From an uncultured Alphaproteobacteria bacterium (lineage in GTDB: Bacteria > Pseudomonadota > Alphaproteobacteria > MPNO01 > DASWLB01): a stretch of DNA of 64,000 bases. The stretch spans positions 327,115-391,114 of the forward strand of contig CAWGHZ010000002.1 in assembly GCA_963822575.1 (NCBI GenBank), read 5' to 3'. The position numbers and the translations under genes were made by a program. Below the pieces are notes generated by a model. The model ran no database searches. It saw only the letters and a program-made list of their open reading frames with translations, and was not told where the DNA came from. Positions 51,495-60,767 of this stretch are shown piece by piece (the stretch's first letter is position 1; every line of letters starts with the position of its first letter).

Positions 51495-51576
51495 CCGCCC
51501 GCAGCGCGGCGTATCGCCCTTCGACAAGCTCAGGAGGCGACGGCGCCGATATCTCTTCCGTCTCGTGCTTCGATAC

Positions 51577-51599
51577 GCGTTTGCGCCAGGCGCAAACGC
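51577..51599. promoter_or_regulatory. Perfect 11-bp inverted repeat with a 1-nt centre (GCGTTTGCGCC-A-GGCGCAAACGC)
   Basis: Seen directly in the sequence between convergent genes (51494 and 51635). It could be a bidirectional terminator stem or a regulator-binding palindrome. Confidence 0.35.
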
Positions 51600-51634
51600 A
51601 CTCAGCACGAACGGCAATTCATGGGCCGCGGATA

Positions 51635-52660
51635 TCAGGTCCGGAAGAAGTGGACCGAGAACAGCCCCTTCTCGTCGGTCCAGGATTCGACCGGCGTGAA
51701 GCCCGCGGCGCGGGCCAGCGCCCGGAATTCGTCCAGCGCATACTTGTAGGACAACTCGGTGTGGATCGCCTCGTCCTTGCCGAAGGCGAAGGTCGCGCCG
51801 TCGACATGCACCGACTGGCGGCGGAGGCTCACCAGATGCATGTCGACGCGCCCGGCCGCCTCGTCGTATTGGGCGCGGTGGCGGAAGCCGGCAAGGTCGA
51901 AATCGGCGCCGAGCTCGCGGTTGATGCGGGCCAAAAGGTTCATGTTGAACGCCGCGGTCACGCCCTTCGAGTCGTTATAGGCGGCCTCGAGCACGCGCCG
52001 GTCCTTGCGCAAATCGACGCCGATCAGGAGCGCCCCGCCCGGGCCGATGACGCGCGCCGTGGCGGCGAGGAAGCTCTCGGCCTGCTCGCGCGGGAAATTG
52101 CCGATGGTGGAACCCGGGAAGAACACCACGCGCTCGGCGTCGGGCGCGTCGGGGAGCGGCGGGATCTCGAACGGCCTTGTGTAGTCGGCGCAGACGGCGA
52201 TCACCTTGAGCTTCGGGAAGTCGCGCGCGAGCGACGCGGCAGAGCGGATCAGATGGTCCTTGGAGATGTCGACCGGCGTATAGGCGGCGATATCCGGCAG
52301 GGCGTCGAGGAGGATGCGCACCTTGACGCTCGATCCCGAGCCGTACTCGACCAGGTGGCACGGCCCGCCGATCAGCTCGGCGATGCGCGGCGCCCGGGCG
52401 CGCAGGACGGCGATCTCGGTGCGCGTCGGGTAGTATTCCTCCAGCGTGCAGATGTCGTCGAACAGGCGCGAGCCGCGCTCGTCGTACAGGAACTTGCAGG
52501 GCAGCTCCTTCGCCGGGCGCGACAGCCCGTCGAGCACCGCCGTCTCGAAATCGTCGAGCTGCGGCTCGAAATCGTGGAAGGCCGCAAGCGGCGCGACGGC
52601 ATCGCCTTCCGCCGAGGCGGCGGTGCGGTCTCCGTCGCCGCGTGGTGTCTGGTCATCCAT
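51635..52660 (-). CDS. EgtD-like SAM-dependent L-histidine N-alpha-methyltransferase family protein, 341 aa
   Basis: The signature LPCKFLYDERGSRLFDDICTLEEYYPTRTE closely matches the EgtD/DUF323 N-terminal motif. A Rossmann methyltransferase core follows (VEYGSGSSVK). Confidence 0.7.
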   Translation of the reverse strand: MDDQTPRGDGDRTAASAEGDAVAPLAAFHDFEPQLDDFETAVLDGLSRPAKELPCKFLYDERGSRLFDDICTLEEYYPTRTEIAVLRARAPRIAELIGGPCHLVEYGSGSSVKVRILLDALPDIAAYTPVDISKDHLIRSAASLARDFPKLKVIAVCADYTRPFEIPPLPDAPDAERVVFFPGSTIGNFPREQAESFLAATARVIGPGGALLIGVDLRKDRRVLEAAYNDSKGVTAAFNMNLLARINRELGADFDLAGFRHRAQYDEAAGRVDMHLVSLRRQSVHVDGATFAFGKDEAIHTELSYKYALDEFRALARAAGFTPVESWTDEKGLFSVHFFRT

Positions 52661-53007
52661 GGGAACCGTCCCGTCTCACCTTGGCGCGGATCGAGGGTTG
52701 GCGGGGCGGAAGCCCTGCCGCGGAGACGTTAACCTAGCGACGGCTCCCCGCAATGACAAGGCCGGGCGGGTCGATCCATGTATGGCGAATTGATGTCGCG
52801 CGCGGGCGACGCTCGCGGCGAAACGGCATCTACAGAGTCGGAAGAACGGCTATCGAGTTTGTCATCCCCGACGCGGTGCAGCGTCTAAGGGGTGCACCGC
52901 GGATCGGGAGCCCAAGTTCGAGCGCCTCTCGAGCTGACAGATCGGCCCCGGCTTGCCCCCTTCGTTGCCTAGTCGGGGTAGCAGTGGGGTTTATCGGCCC
53001 GCAGCCG

Positions 53008-53619
53008 CTACCGTCCCTGGTAACGCAGATAGTCCGACCAGCTTCGCTCGAGCTGGCGCAGCGCGCGCAGCGAGATGGTGGGATCGTTCGGGTCGGCGGC
53101 GGTCTCGACGAAGACGCGGGCGTGGCGCCGGTCGATCTCGGCGAGCTTGTGGCACAGCTCCACGCCCTTCTCGGTGAGCACGATGCGGCGCGCGCGCTTG
53201 TCGCGCTCCGACCGCTCCTGCTCGCAATAGCCGGTCTCGACGAGCTGCTTCAAATTGTACGACACGTTCGAGCCGAGATAGTAGCCGCGCTCGACCAGGT
53301 CGCGCACGGCCAGGTCGCGCCCGTCGAGGTTGGTCAGCATCAGCGCCTGCACCGCGTTGATGTCGTCGATGCCGAGCCGGGTCAGCTCGTAGCGCAGCAC
53401 GTCGAGGAAGCGGCGGTGCAGCCGCTCGACCGTGCGGGTGAGCTGCACGTAGGTCTCGATCGCCTCGTCGCTGAGCCGCGGCGGCTCAGATTGCGGGGCG
53501 AGGGATTGGCGGGCCGGGCCGGAGCGCGGCGCGGCCGGCGCGGGGCGCGACTCGGCTCGGCGAGGGGCGCCCTTGGGTACGCTTGTCGTCGGGTCCATAA
53601 CGGTCGGATTTAAAGCCAT
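53008..53619 (-). CDS. MarR-family winged-helix transcriptional regulator with an N-terminal Pro/Ala-rich extension, 203 aa
   Basis: wHTH region LTRLGIDDINAVQALMLTNL...DLVERGYYLGSNVSYNLKQLVETGY. It is immediately upstream (same strand) of the Tad locus. Confidence 0.6.
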   Translation of the reverse strand: MALNPTVMDPTTSVPKGAPRRAESRPAPAAPRSGPARQSLAPQSEPPRLSDEAIETYVQLTRTVERLHRRFLDVLRYELTRLGIDDINAVQALMLTNLDGRDLAVRDLVERGYYLGSNVSYNLKQLVETGYCEQERSERDKRARRIVLTEKGVELCHKLAEIDRRHARVFVETAADPNDPTISLRALRQLERSWSDYLRYQGR

Positions 53620-53642
53620 GGTCTGAACTTTCTGTAAACGCG

Positions 53643-54209
53643 CTAATTGGCGAGCGCGGTCAGCGGCGCGAGGCGCGGGCGGAAGAACGCGACGCGGTAG
53701 AGCTGGGACGGGGCGATCAAGTCCGGCGCGAGGAAGGGCTCGAACGCGTAATACACCTCGGCGACGATCACCTCCTCGCCGTCGCGAATGGTGAAGCCGT
53801 TTGGCAGGGTGGCGACGCCGCCCGGCTGTCCGATCGCGCTGCCGACGCTCAGATTGCCGCCGCCCGCGCGCTGCCAGTCGATGCGCGGCGGGTTGTTGCC
53901 CGTCACGCTCACCGACGACACGATCACCGTGCCGTTCGCCGAAAGGTCGAAAGGCACGGCGATCTCCCGGCTCGCGGCGAAGATCTGGTCGAGATCGCCG
54001 CTGGAGATGGTGAGGCCGGAGGAGGCGAGGTCCGCGGATGTCGAGACGACGCGCTCGATCTTCTGGACCAGAAGCACGTAGCGCGCCGTCTCCACCCCGC
54101 CCACGGTCAAGGTCGTGAGGAAGGAAAGCGCGAGCGCCAGCTCGACGAATATCGATCCGCGGCGCTCGGCGCCGAACCGCGCGATCAGCGCTGTCAGGCG
54201 GCCGGTCAT
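53643..54209 (-). CDS. TadE/TadG-like pseudopilin/pilus-assembly protein, ~188 aa
   Basis: N-terminal motif GSIFVELALALSFL typical of the TadE family. ATGA overlap with the upstream tadE-like gene. Confidence 0.6.
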   Translation of the reverse strand: MTGRLTALIARFGAERRGSIFVELALALSFLTTLTVGGVETARYVLLVQKIERVVSTSADLASSGLTISSGDLDQIFAASREIAVPFDLSANGTVIVSSVSVTGNNPPRIDWQRAGGGNLSVGSAIGQPGGVATLPNGFTIRDGEEVIVAEVYYAFEPFLAPDLIAPSQLYRVAFFRPRLAPLTALAN

Positions 54210-54787
54210 TGCTCGTACGGCTCGTTGCGGACGGAAAGGCTGGCCGAGAGCGGCAGCACGCCGTTGTCGCCCATGAACGACACGGTCACCGGGGTGAGCA
54301 CGTGCCAGTCGTAGCTGATCTTGTACTCGACCACCTGGCCGGGTCCGCCCAGCCCGGCTGTGCCTATGTCTGCGTCCCATTGCCCGTTGCCATTGAGGTC
54401 GGTGTAGCTCTCGCCCGGATCGCGCACGCCGTTGCCGTTGGCGTCGAGGAAGGGCTCCGGCTGGCCGACGTCGCTGAAGCCGGGATAGACCAGCGTCTGG
54501 ATGACCACCCGGTTCATGTCGATCAGCCCGAGCGTGTCGTCGGCGATGATCCGCCGGATCTCGTCCTCGCGCGTCGTGCCTGCCGGGATGTAGCCGGTGA
54601 TGCCGTAGCGCGAGGCGTCGCGCAGCGCGCCCTCCATCAGGCTTTGGACGAACATCACCGCCGAAATGTCCATCAGACCCGCGACGGCGATGAGCACGAC
54701 CGGCGCGGCCAGACCGAACTCAAGGGCGGCGACGCCCTTCCGGCAGCGCGCCCACGTTCCCCATCTCACGGTGGTCCAGCCCATCAC
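54206..54787 (-). CDS. TadE/TadF-like pilus-assembly protein, 193 aa
   Basis: The motif GVAALEFGLAAPVVLIAV (TadE N-terminal) is followed by a periplasmic domain. Confidence 0.65.
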   Translation of the reverse strand: MMGWTTVRWGTWARCRKGVAALEFGLAAPVVLIAVAGLMDISAVMFVQSLMEGALRDASRYGITGYIPAGTTREDEIRRIIADDTLGLIDMNRVVIQTLVYPGFSDVGQPEPFLDANGNGVRDPGESYTDLNGNGQWDADIGTAGLGGPGQVVEYKISYDWHVLTPVTVSFMGDNGVLPLSASLSVRNEPYEQ

Positions 54788-54889
54788 GCAGTCCTCCTGC
54801 AGCCGGCCCGATCATGTCTTACAGGTCTTAAGAACGCTTTAACCAATACCCATTGTTTTCAATGAAATTCATAGTGTTAATGACACTTC

Positions 54890-55888
54890 TTAATGTCCTG
54901 GATAATGACGGATGAACAGGTCGAGCACGCGCAGCATCGCCGGCCCGATCAGCACCACGAACAGCGACGGCATGATGAACAGGATCATCGGCACGGTCAG
55001 CGTGGCCGGCAGCTTGGCCGCCTTGGCCTCGGCCCGCATAAGCCGGTCGTGGCGGAACTCGGCGCCGAGCACGCGCAGCGACTGGGCGAGCGGCGTGCCG
55101 TAGCGCTCGGTCTGCAGCAGCGTGTTCACCACGCCGCGGATCGAGGCCATGTTGGTGCGTGCGTTCAGATGGTCGAGCGCCTGGCGCCGGTCGGGCAGTA
55201 GGCCGAGCTCGAGCGCGGTGAGGCTGAGCTCGTCGGCGATGGCGGGGCAGGCGGCCGCCATCTCGCGCGCCACCCGGCCGAGCGCGGCGTCGAGCGTCTG
55301 GCCCGCCTCGGCGCAGATGACCAGCAGGTCGAGCGTGTCGGGCAGGCCCTTCTGCAGCGCCTTGCGCCGCTTGGCTGCCGTGTTGCTCACGTAGACGTCC
55401 GGCCCGTACGCGCCGGCGACGACGGCCATGAGGGCGGCGATGATCGCCTGCATCGGCTTCAGGTGGAACGCGCCGAGGCCGAAGGTGGCGAGCAGCACCG
55501 CCGCGCCGAACATGAACGGCAAGGCGAGCTTGAGGAAGAAATAGAGCACCAGCGCGTCGCGCGCGCGCCAGCCGGCGCGGGCAAGGGCGAGCGCCGCTTT
55601 CTGCGATTGCCGCGTGCCGAGGAGCTTCAGGCGCGCCAGCACGCTGCGCATTGCGCCGATCGAGCTCTCGCGGCCACGCTCGGCACGGGCGCGCCGGCGC
55701 GGTGCGGTCGATCCCTGGCGCAGCGCCTCGCGCCGCTCGTGGAGGTGGCGAATGCGTGCCGCCATCGGGTCGCGTACGATCAGAGCGCGGTAGAACACGT
55801 ATACGTTCACGGCGGCGGCGAGCGCGGCCAGCCCGACGATGGCGTCCTCGGCTGTCGAGCCGGGCGGAATGAAGTCCCCGAACGTCAT
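54890..55888 (-). CDS. tadC: Tad pilus inner-membrane platform protein TadC (T2SS-F family)
   Basis: T2SS-F-like TM architecture. Gene order follows tadB. Confidence 0.8.
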   Translation of the reverse strand: MTFGDFIPPGSTAEDAIVGLAALAAAVNVYVFYRALIVRDPMAARIRHLHERREALRQGSTAPRRRARAERGRESSIGAMRSVLARLKLLGTRQSQKAALALARAGWRARDALVLYFFLKLALPFMFGAAVLLATFGLGAFHLKPMQAIIAALMAVVAGAYGPDVYVSNTAAKRRKALQKGLPDTLDLLVICAEAGQTLDAALGRVAREMAAACPAIADELSLTALELGLLPDRRQALDHLNARTNMASIRGVVNTLLQTERYGTPLAQSLRVLGAEFRHDRLMRAEAKAAKLPATLTVPMILFIMPSLFVVLIGPAMLRVLDLFIRHYPGH

Positions 55889-56895
55889 ATCTCGAACCGG
55901 ACCATTTTGACCATCACGCCGACGCCGATGGCGATGGAGGTGAGTCCGCCGCCGAGCAGGATCAGCCCGCGCCGGTCGGTGAAGAGCTGCGAGGCGTAGC
56001 CGCTATTCACGAGATAGAGGACCCCGAACATGATGAAGGGGAGCGAGCCCAGGATCATCGCGCTCGCCTTCGCCTCGGACGACATCGCCTTCACCTTGAG
56101 ATGCATCTGGCGGCGCTTGCGCAGGATGTCGCCGAGGTTCTCGAGCGTCTCGGCCAGATTGCCGCCGGTTTCGCGTTGCACGGCGAGCGAGATGACGAAG
56201 AAGCGGAACTCGGGCGTGTCGAGCCGCTTCGTCGTCTCCCATAGCGCCTCCTCCAGCGTCTTGCCGAAGCGCACCGCGTCGTGGATGCGGCGGAACTCGA
56301 CGCCGATCGGGTCGCCGAACTCCTGGCCGACGACGCGGATCGATTCCTGAGTCGGCAGGCCGGACTTGAGACCGCGCACGATCAGGTCGATCGCGTCGGC
56401 GAACTGCGCGGTGAAGCGCTTGAGCCGGCGCTTGACCATCATCCCGATCGCGAGGTGGGGCAGCCCCACCCCGGCGGCGATCGAAAGCAACAAAGCGAGG
56501 GCGGCCGGCATGTGGAAGACGAGCGGGCGCACCAGCCCGACCGCGAGCGCGACGCCGAGGCAGGCGAGCGAGTACTGGGCCAGGGTGATGCGCCGTCCCG
56601 TGCGGGCCAGCCGCTCGCGCAGGAGCTGGGCATTGGGCAGCACCCGGTGGGCCAGCGCATCGATCCGGCGCATGCGCGCGCCCGACTGGTCGAGTTGCAC
56701 GCTGGTGCGCACCTCGGGCTCGCGCCCGGCGCGCTTCGCACGCGGCCTCTCGCCTGCGGCGCGCGCAAGGCGGGCCTTGAAGCGCTTGGAGGCCCCGCCG
56801 CCTGCCAGCGCGTGGCCTGCCGCCAGCGTCCCGACGCCGGCCAGCGCGGCGATGGCGAACACGGCGATGCTGGTGGGGTCGAGCGCGCCGCTCAT
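55885..56895 (-). CDS. tadB: Tad pilus inner-membrane platform protein TadB (T2SS-F family), 336 aa
   Basis: ATG at 56895 overlapping the cpaF stop (ATGA). T2SS-F-like TM architecture. Confidence 0.8.
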   Translation of the reverse strand: MSGALDPTSIAVFAIAALAGVGTLAAGHALAGGGASKRFKARLARAAGERPRAKRAGREPEVRTSVQLDQSGARMRRIDALAHRVLPNAQLLRERLARTGRRITLAQYSLACLGVALAVGLVRPLVFHMPAALALLLSIAAGVGLPHLAIGMMVKRRLKRFTAQFADAIDLIVRGLKSGLPTQESIRVVGQEFGDPIGVEFRRIHDAVRFGKTLEEALWETTKRLDTPEFRFFVISLAVQRETGGNLAETLENLGDILRKRRQMHLKVKAMSSEAKASAMILGSLPFIMFGVLYLVNSGYASQLFTDRRGLILLGGGLTSIAIGVGVMVKMVRFEI

Positions 56896-58816
56896 CCGAT
56901 CGCCTCCAGAAGGGGCCGCTCGAGGCCGAAATATTCGGCCTTGGTGGTGAAGGCCGGGCGCAGACCGGTGGAGTCGAACCGCCCCTGCAACGTGCCGTCG
57001 GGGTTTTCGCCCTCGAATGCGAAGGCGAACAGCTCCTGCGTGGTGATGACGTCGCCTTCCATCCCCACCACCTCCATCACCGAGGTGATGCGCCGCACGC
57101 CGTCGCGCATGCGGCTTACCTGCACGACGACGTCGATGGCCGCGGCGATCTGGGTGCGCACCGCCTTCGCCGGCAGGTTGATGCCGGCGAGTCCGATCAT
57201 GTTCTCGAGCCGGGTCAGCGCCTCGCGCGGGCGGTTGGCGTGGATGGTGCACATCGAGCCTTCGTGGCCGGTGTTCATCGCCTGCAGCATGTCGACCGCC
57301 TCGGACCCGCGCACCTCGCCCAGGATGATGCGGTCGGGGCGCATGCGGAGCGCGTTCTTGAGCAGATCGCGCATGGTGATCTCGCCGCCGCCCTCGAGGT
57401 TGGCCGGGCGCGTCTCCAGCCGGACCACGTGCGGCTGCTGGAGCTGCAGCTCGGCCGCGTCCTCGATGGTGACGATGCGCTCGCCGTGGTCGATGAGCTG
57501 CGACATGGCGTTGAGCAGCGTCGTCTTGCCCGAGCCCGTGCCGCCGGAGATCAGGATGTTGAGCCGCGCCCTCGAGGCGATCTTGAGAACCGTCGCCATC
57601 TGGGGCGACAGGTTCCGCTGGCTCGCCATCACGTCGAGCGTGATCGACTTCTTGGAGAATTTGCGGATCGAGATCGACGGCCCGTCGATGGCGAGCGGCG
57701 GGATGATGATGTTGACGCGGCTGCCGTCCATCAGCCGCGCGTCGACGAGCGGCGTCGAACTCGTCGATGCGCCTTCCGACCTGGGTGACGATGCGCATGG
57801 CGACGTTCATCACGTGCGCATCGTCGCGGAACTGCACGCTGGTCACCTCCAGCTTGCCCTTGCGCTCGACATAGACCTGCTTCGGGCCGTTGACCATGAT
57901 GTCGGTCACGGTCTCGTCGGCGAGCAGCGGCTCCAGCGGCCCCAGCCCCAGCATGTCGTTGATCAGCATCGTGACCAGGTCGCGATGCTCGGCTCCGTTC
58001 AGCCGGATGCGCCGTTCGGCCAGGATCTCGGCCGCGATCTCGCCGATCTGCGACGCGAGCTCGCCGCGCGGCAGCGAGACCGCCGTCTGGACGTCGATAC
58101 GCTCCAGAAGGAGCGGCTGCACCTGGCGCTTGGCCTCCTCGACGGTCGAGACGGCGCGCGGCTTCGCGGGCGCGGGGCCGGCCGTCGCTTCGACCAGGGC
58201 AGGGTGCGGCGCAGGGTCCGGAAGGGGCGGAGGCGGCTCGATCTGCGGCTGTGCCGCCAGCACGTCGTTGATCAGGAACGTCACCAGGTCGCGCTGCGCC
58301 AGGTCGTCGAGCGAGATGTCGGCGACCATCGGGAGCGCCATCTCCTTGATCTCGCCGGCAAGCTGGCCGCGTGGGATGCGCCGCGCCCGGGCCGAGTCGA
58401 ACTGGGCACGGATCGTCGGCTGGGTGACGCGCTTGGCGCGCTCCAGCGCCTCCACCTCCGCGGGCGTGCGCGCCGCGCGCTGCCGCTCCCGGTCGGCGTT
58501 GATCGCATCCCAGTCGGGCTCGGGCTTCGCCGCCGCTGGCGGCGCAGCCGACGGCTCCGGTGTCGCGATCTGCGCGTGCGGGCGCAGGCGCTTCGACCTG
58601 CGGTGCGGGCGCGAGCGGGGCGACCGGCTGGGCCGGCGCGGGCACTTCGAGCCGCGGTACGGAAACCGGCGCGGCGACCGGCTTCGGCGGCGGCAGCCAG
58701 GCCGGCGCGCGCACCATGGGCGCCGACGGCTGTGCAGCCGGTGCGGCGGCTTCGCGCGGGAAAAGGCGCGTCACGCGCTCGGGCAGCTCGTCGGTCTTGC
58801 GACGTCCGAACATCAC
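56892..58816 (-). CDS. cpaF: Tad pilus secretion ATPase CpaF/TadA with a Pro/Ala-rich N-terminal region, interrupted by two apparent +1 frameshifts (~58576 and ~57758)
   Basis: [13 protein letters not shown]... with a Pro-rich N-terminus in one frame. A duplicated N-domain and the start of the ATPase follow in a second frame. The Walker [10 protein letters not shown], Asp box, Walker B and His box are in a third frame (ORF 56892..57731). Each junction is explained by a single extra base. Confidence 0.8.
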
Positions 58817-60039
58817 TTCTTCCGGAACAGCGACCGCTTCGCCGGCCTCGCCTTCTCGGTCGCGGCGATCTCCAGGCTCGCCTTGGCGAGCGCCTTGGCG
58901 AGCGCGCAGCCCTTGCCGGCGAGGGCGATGGGGCGGCCCGCGCTGGCGGCGGCGCCGGCGGATTTCGGGTCGTAGGGCAGGACGTACGCCACCGGCATCT
59001 GGGCGGCGCGCTCGAATTCCGACTTGGGCACCTCGCCCTTGGGCGAAGCGCCCGCCTTGTTGAGCGCGAGGACGAGCTCGGCGTCCGCGGTTACCGACTT
59101 CGCCCAGGCGGCAAGCCTGACCGCGTCGCGCATGGCGGCGAGCGAATGATCGGAGACAAGCACCAGCTTGTCCGATCGCGCGACGACATGGGCCTCCGGC
59201 ACCGCCGCGCCGCGCGCCAAATCGACCACCAGGTAGTCGAAATTCTGCCGCAGGTCGGCGAGGAGCGCGTCGAACGCGTCCGGCTCGATGTGCAGCCGGT
59301 CGCCCGCCGGCTCCTCGGCGCTGAGCACCGACAGCGCGTCGCTTTCGCGCGCCATGGCCGACGACACGAAGAGCGAATCGATGCGGTCGGGATTCTCCAG
59401 CACCTCGCGCAGCCCGTGCGTCGGCTCCAGGTCGAGCGCCAGCGCCACCGTGCCGAAGCGCAAATCGAGGTCGACGAGCGCCACCTTGCGGCCGGCCTCG
59501 TGCGCGATCGTCCAGGCGAGGTTGACGGCGACGGTCGTAGCGCCCACCCCGCCGCGCGTGCCCATCACCGAGATGACCTTGGCGCTCCTCGGCCCGGCAT
59601 CCGCCTTGCCGGCCGTCTCCTCGCGCCGCGCTGCGATGGCGGCGAGCGCATGCGCGAACGTCTCCGGCGCGACCGGCTTGACCAGGTATTCCGCGACGCC
59701 GGCCTCGGTAAAAGCGCGGTAGAGCGCGATGTCGTTGGTCGTGCCGACCACGATCAGCGCGCCGCCGTGCCCCAGCGCCGACAGCAGCATGGTTGCGCCG
59801 CCCACCGGATCGGCCGCGCCGGTCACGTCGACGACGGCGACTTCCGGCGCCGGCCCTTGCGCGATGGCCGACAGGGCGGCGGGAAGCCCGCCGACCACGA
59901 TCTCGGCCGCGGTTGCTTGCGGGCCGAGCGCGGCGGCCAGCGCCTCGCGCGTCGGCGCGTCGCCGATGTACGCCGCGAGACGGGCGGCGGCGGCCGCTTG
60001 CTGCGGCTTGCTCGCGAAAAGGGTGGCGACGGCGCTCAC
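58813..60039 (-). CDS. cpaE: Pilus assembly protein CpaE (receiver-like N-domain plus ParA/MinD-type ATPase), 408 aa
   Basis: Deviant Walker A GTRGGVGATTVAVNLA. ATGA overlap with cpaF. Confidence 0.8.
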   Translation of the reverse strand: MSAVATLFASKPQQAAAAARLAAYIGDAPTREALAAALGPQATAAEIVVGGLPAALSAIAQGPAPEVAVVDVTGAADPVGGATMLLSALGHGGALIVVGTTNDIALYRAFTEAGVAEYLVKPVAPETFAHALAAIAARREETAGKADAGPRSAKVISVMGTRGGVGATTVAVNLAWTIAHEAGRKVALVDLDLRFGTVALALDLEPTHGLREVLENPDRIDSLFVSSAMARESDALSVLSAEEPAGDRLHIEPDAFDALLADLRQNFDYLVVDLARGAAVPEAHVVARSDKLVLVSDHSLAAMRDAVRLAAWAKSVTADAELVLALNKAGASPKGEVPKSEFERAAQMPVAYVLPYDPKSAGAAASAGRPIALAGKGCALAKALAKASLEIAATEKARPAKRSLFRKK

Positions 60040-60767
60040 TTCGCGAGGTCCTGCGGCACTTTTTCGAGGAAGCCGCTCGGCGGCATCGGCGGCGAGGCGT
60101 ACTGGTTGAGCGCGCGATACACGCGGTAGGCGCGCGCCGCCTGGTCAGCGTCGTCGGCCGTCATCGTGCGGCCGTGCACCAGATCCGTCGGGTTCGCGAC
60201 CATCAGGTCGAGGTCCGTCGCCGTCGCGCAGCCCCAGTTCGAATGCGGACGATTCAGCGGATCGGTCCCGCCCGGCTTGGTCCAGTCGGGACAGTCCGGC
60301 GTGCGCAGGAGATAGCGCCCGACCACCACCCGCACCGCGCCGTCCCACGCCACGGGCCGGACGTCGGGTGCGGCGATGTGCGCGGCGATGCCGCGCGCGC
60401 GCAAGGCGTCGGCGACCATTTCGGTGCGCGCCGCGGCCTCGGGTGCCATCGCGGCGGGCACCGGCCCGGGGCCGACCAGCACCTCGTCGCCGTAGCCGGG
60501 CGCGGCGTGGGCGAGGAACGCGTCGAGCCGCGCCTGCGCACCGGGCGCCAGCGTCGCCCCGCCGCGCGGGAAGGCCACCAGGTGGTCGAAATGGACCCAG
60601 TCGAGCTTCACCGTCTTGGGCGATTCCGCCGGCGTGTAATAGGCGGTCTCGGGGGCGCAGCTCGCGAGCGCGCCGAGGATCGCGGCGACGGCCGCGAGGC
60701 GCAGCGGGCGGCGGCTCGGACGGGGTGTGAACAGTCGCTTGTGGCGGGTCATGGCGCGGTCCTTCAA
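60036..60767 (-). CDS. cpaD: Pilus assembly lipoprotein CpaD, 243 aa
   Basis: Lipobox LGALASC, then a CpaD-like region (YRAL..Y). It sits between cpaC and cpaE. Confidence 0.65.
   Translation of the reverse strand: MKDRAMTRHKRLFTPRPSRRPLRLAAVAAILGALASCAPETAYYTPAESPKTVKLDWVHFDHLVAFPRGGATLAPGAQARLDAFLAHAAPGYGDEVLVGPGPVPAAMAPEAAARTEMVADALRARGIAAHIAAPDVRPVAWDGAVRVVVGRYLLRTPDCPDWTKPGGTDPLNRPHSNWGCATATDLDLMVANPTDLVHGRTMTADDADQAARAYRVYRALNQYASPPMPPSGFLEKVPQDLAK

Noticed and set aside
56281-60129. 1282-aa plus-strand ORF across the cpaE/cpaF/tadB region
   Set aside because: Antisense shadow ORF (Arg/Gly/Asp low complexity). The minus-strand Tad genes have clear Walker motifs and family signatures.
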